From the NCBI GenBank assembly GCA_022813965.1, contig JALDZS010000164.1, positions 1 to 52,673 of the forward strand: 52,673 bases of DNA, written 5' to 3'. Within the stretch, counting starts at the first letter, position 1; each line of letters begins with the position of its first letter. Under the pieces are notes generated by a model. That model ran no database searches. It was not told where the DNA came from and saw nothing but the letters and a program-made list of their open reading frames with translations. The position numbers and the translations under genes were made by a program. This stretch comes from Toensbergia leucococca (taxonomy: Eukaryota). Below are positions 49,082 through 52,673 of the stretch, piece after piece.

Positions 49082-49968
49082 CTACGTGGTTTGAAATGTG
49101 GTGAGATATAAAAACCCAATCGAAGATCCCACTTGCAGCGCAGTGGTCACAGAAAGTCGCTGCGTTCCCAACGGTACTGCGTCGATTCCGACACTGGCGC
49201 AGTCTTCGCACTGAGCTGCTCCACCGGCTATGGTCTGCCATAAGGGTTGGGAATGTACCATGCTAAACTTCTGAGCCTCGATCTTCATGCTGGATGCCCA
49301 GAGAGTCTGGTGCGGATCTCTGCCTGTCATGACGGCATCGACCGAGTACAGCGATGGAGCGATTGAAGCAGACATGAAGGAGGTGCTTGTTGAAGCAATG
49401 TTTGACAAATGTGTGACATCCGTCAAGCTCGAGTGCTCAAGTCGCGTCTGAGCGTATTTGATAAAATCCTCAAAGCTGATGCACAAGGCCGTTTGGCGTC
49501 GCTCGGCGTTTGTGGCGGCATCTACACAGATCTCTGCGTGTGTGCATGCCTCGGATACGACGACTGTCGGGATGTGGTAGCCTGTCAATGCGTACACGAT
49601 GCAGGTCATCTGCCAGGCTTGAGGGCTTCTCCGCCGGTTGCAAGTGGAGCGTACGAATGAATAGCCCGTGGGACATTCGTTTATTGTCCTGAATGTTGAG
49701 CGCTTTTGAGTTTTTGAGGAGAGGATGTGGTGATGATGCAAGACTTCCACGGATGCAGATATGTCTTTGCCAGTGGAGTCTTTGATGACGACATTGTATA
49801 GAGAGGTAGGGATACTGGAGTGCATTGATTAAAAACTTCCTCTCAGTTACAAGATAGGACGTACGTTCGTTGATTGGCAGGAGCTGAACTAGGGCTAACT
49901 GGAGTCGCAAATGCTCGGCGAGTAAGATTGAGAAGGAAAAGAAATTGTGCCAAACGGCGCAACAGCAT
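49082..49968 (-). CDS. Secreted Cys-rich protein (effector-like)
   Basis: Exon 1 (49968-49865) encodes signal peptide MLLRRLAQFLFLLNLTRRAFA|TP. A GTACGT...CTCCAG intron joins it in frame to ORF 49082..49825. A KR site precedes the Cys-rich domain. Confidence 0.8.
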
Positions 49969-51724
49969 CTAATCAACGGATTCTACCATGTGGTAAGAGA
50001 AAGATTGTAACACAGGCTTCATGGATAAAATGTCAATGTTTCTGCAATGTGATAAGAAGATTATAAATGTAGTGGGTGGCCAGCATTGGATCGCGAAATG
50101 AAAACGAAAATGGAAACGAAAGGGCGACGGCGGGTAAATGTTTCACTCAGATAGAAAAGTATGCGTCAATCTTTTTGATACCCGCCAGGTACACAACCCA
50201 TGTATAGGATAGGCAAGAGAATTCACAAATTCTTCAATCCGAAAGCTGCTCGAGTGTTTTCTTTGATACTGTGCCCATGCAAATGTAAAGAGGTATTCTG
50301 TTGAGATTCCCTGAGAGCTTTTCGGGCTGAAGTGACGGACAACTCCAAGCATTTGGGTGCAAGAACCAGAGCAACAGCGTCGCATGGCTAAGTTCGCGAG
50401 TCGCCTTTCCTGCGTCGGTGTTTATGAAGCTGCTCAGACACGATCCGTATAGTGCTACCCAAAAAGTAGCCACATGCATCGACTCCCAGTTTAAGGACTC
50501 AGAGAATATGCTTAGAGTAGTGCTCTCGACGGTCCACAGAGAAAAGTGAAAAGAATGCAGCGGCCAGCAGCTGCCGAGGTGGTATCAACTTGGGACTCTG
50601 TCGGATGCAGACATAGTGCTCTTGATTGACTTTACCCAAGATCAAATGCAGATCAGCCGGCGAAGCCACATACTAAGCACCTCTCTACCCTATGAAAAAT
50701 TGGCCAATCCAGGATGCGATTTGCGTTAGAGTTCTGAGCAGTGGGAGAAACGTCGAAGAGCAAATGCACATCCATGGCGTCTTATCGCCTGCCTCCATTG
50801 TTCTTTAAGGCATCAAGTCAATTGTCTTCGCCCCTTCCAGAACCAGAGTTCAAATTATAATCGTCCAATCTTTATGATTTATGGCGCTTTGAAGTTGAGA
50901 TGATCAGTATTACTTGTTCCGAAATCACTCCTCGTGCAGCATGGTTACATAAAGCCAGAACAATGGTTAAGCTTAGGTTGGAAAGTGATGAAAGAATATC
51001 TCTGGACTTGAATTGTTGAATCCAATCCCTGTGCGAGAACAAAGATTGTGCTTGTGCTTGATGCAGTATCCGTATGTGCTCACATCATGCCGGGGGAGAT
51101 GATGAGGTTTGACGACCTTCGAAAATGATTCAGGCCAAGGCTCCCAATAATTGAGACTATTAGTCCTGAGGGTAGAATCAGATTTTTTACCACATAATCA
51201 GTAGTTGTTAGTCTGATCCTAAACCAGAATCAGTCGACGGATAGTCCGACTATTAAGACCATTAGTCCGTGCCTGTTATACCCTCATCGTCACCAAAATC
51301 TGGTGCAATTGTATGAAGATCCTCTGTAGTAAATATATCAAGTCGAAATCGACTCTTGAAACATTTTAATAGCTCAATGGTCTCACATTTGAGACTACAC
51401 TGTTGATCAGAAATGGTATGCTTAGCCTCAGATAACACGTTATGGTTCAGAAGACATCACCGGTATGAAATAGATGTCAATAGCCATTTTGAATAAGGAA
51501 GGAAATCGATCGTGATGTTTTGATAATAGTCACCAATCAAGAGCTGATGGAACATGGTTGTTGATGAAAATGGACAAATATTTGATAATGATGTTAAATC
51601 GCAAACAAATGGTGCAATTTCAGCTTCACGCCAATCCAACTGCAGCTGAATTTTTTCATCCGGCCTTCTTATCTTTCTCCCCTTCTGCTTCTCTTTCCTT
51701 TCTCCTCTTGTGTCTCTGACTTCT

Positions 51725-51801
51725 TCTTGTCTTCCTTCTCGTCTTCCTTTTCGTCTTCTTTCTCGCCTTCCTTTTCGTCTTCCTTCTTGCCTTCCTTCTC
51801 G
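51725..51801. repeat. 12-bp tandem repeat (GTCTTCCTTYTC), encodes EKED-like repeats on the minus strand
   Basis: About 6 imperfect copies are visible. Confidence 0.75.
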
Positions 51802-52067
51802 CTTTGGTCTGCTGCGCAGGAAAACATGAATTTAAACCTAACCTCTTCATCTCCTCCGCTTCCGACATTTGTACCACTAGTCTTCAGATCTCTTGCAGCT
51901 TCGCCTTGAGACGGTCTGCGGGCTTCAAGAGGGAGATTCACATGATGCTGCTGAGCACACTCACAATGCCATATTGAGGTTTAGGATCGATATTTATATG
52001 AATAGAAGTTCATTGAGGAATCGGTGATCATTTGGATGGATGAGTTTTGAATTAACTAGTAACTTGA

Positions 52068-52673
52068 AAGACTCTCTATTCGATAAAGACTTTTGATGGG
52101 ATACCACCTCATCTATATACCCAACTCCCAATGAAAACACAAGCCAAATGGAAACATATGAAGGGATTTCCCTCAGCAGACTCCTCATCTTCCCCTCATC
52201 TTTCCATGGTATCGCGATTACTAGAGAACATCAATAAACAATACCTCTCCAGGACACGTGGTGAAGCAGGTATGGACAGGCTGAATCGCAGACTAGGTGA
52301 ATTGCAGACGCTCAAGGATCAAAGCCAGACGCTGGCAGTGCTTCAGCAGGAGAGACTCGCAAAGCTGAATGCTCCAAGATTCCACGAGGCATTGCTGACA
52401 GGCAGTCTACCATACAAAGTCACAAGTGCCGACGCAATGAAGATGAATCGTAAAGTAAGAGAATGCGCTCGAAGCCTACACAGTACTCTGTCCAGAGGGT
52501 GGCATGTTGATGTTATCTAGTAATCGCGATACCATGGAAAGATGAGGGGAAGATGAGGAGTCTGCTGAGGGAAATCCCTTCATATGTTTCCATTTGGCTT
52601 GTGTTTTCATTGGGAGTTGGGTATATAGATGAGGTGGTATCCCATCAAAAGTCTTTATCGAATAGAGAGTCTT
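52068..52673. repeat. Perfect inverted repeat, arms 52068-52225 and 52516-52673 (158 bp, right arm cut by window end), 290-bp spacer
   Basis: AAGACTCTCTATTCG...GCGATTACTAGA is exactly reverse-complemented by TCTAGTAATCGC...CGAATAGAGAGTCTT. Confidence 0.95.

Overview
Eukaryotic DNA from a filamentous ascomycete (Pezizomycotina). The short GT-AG introns with CTRAC/CTAAY branch sites and the gene families suggest a lichen-forming Lecanoromycete, but that is inference. About 19 mostly multi-exon genes were reconstructed by hand. The conserved core is mitochondrial ribosomal protein bL33m (absent from the ORF track), PEX11, ENP2/NOL10, MED13/SSN2, a DUF1993 protein and a long coiled-coil protein. 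Accessory genes include two divergent MCxY..HxLCGC Cys-rich paralogs, a tandem-domain Cys-rich protein, a secreted His-rich repeat protein, a HeLo-like N-terminal protein, a CYP65-like P450, an O-methyltransferase-fold protein, an F-box-like protein and a secreted Cys-rich protein. Non-coding structure includes a 640-bp TA-flanked MITE, two AT-rich CpG-depleted relics, homopolymer-rich G/C tracts, and a perfect inverted repeat of at least 158 bp running off the right end. The best leads are: the intact OMT-fold gene with its His-Asp dyad and SAM-binding residues altered (possible pericyclase-like pseudo-methyltransferase); the P450 lacking the I-helix Thr; the His-rich putative Kex2-processed precursor; and the Cys-rich paralog pair. 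No single multi-gene novel system can be proven from the sequence alone. All family calls are from motif recognition, not database searches.
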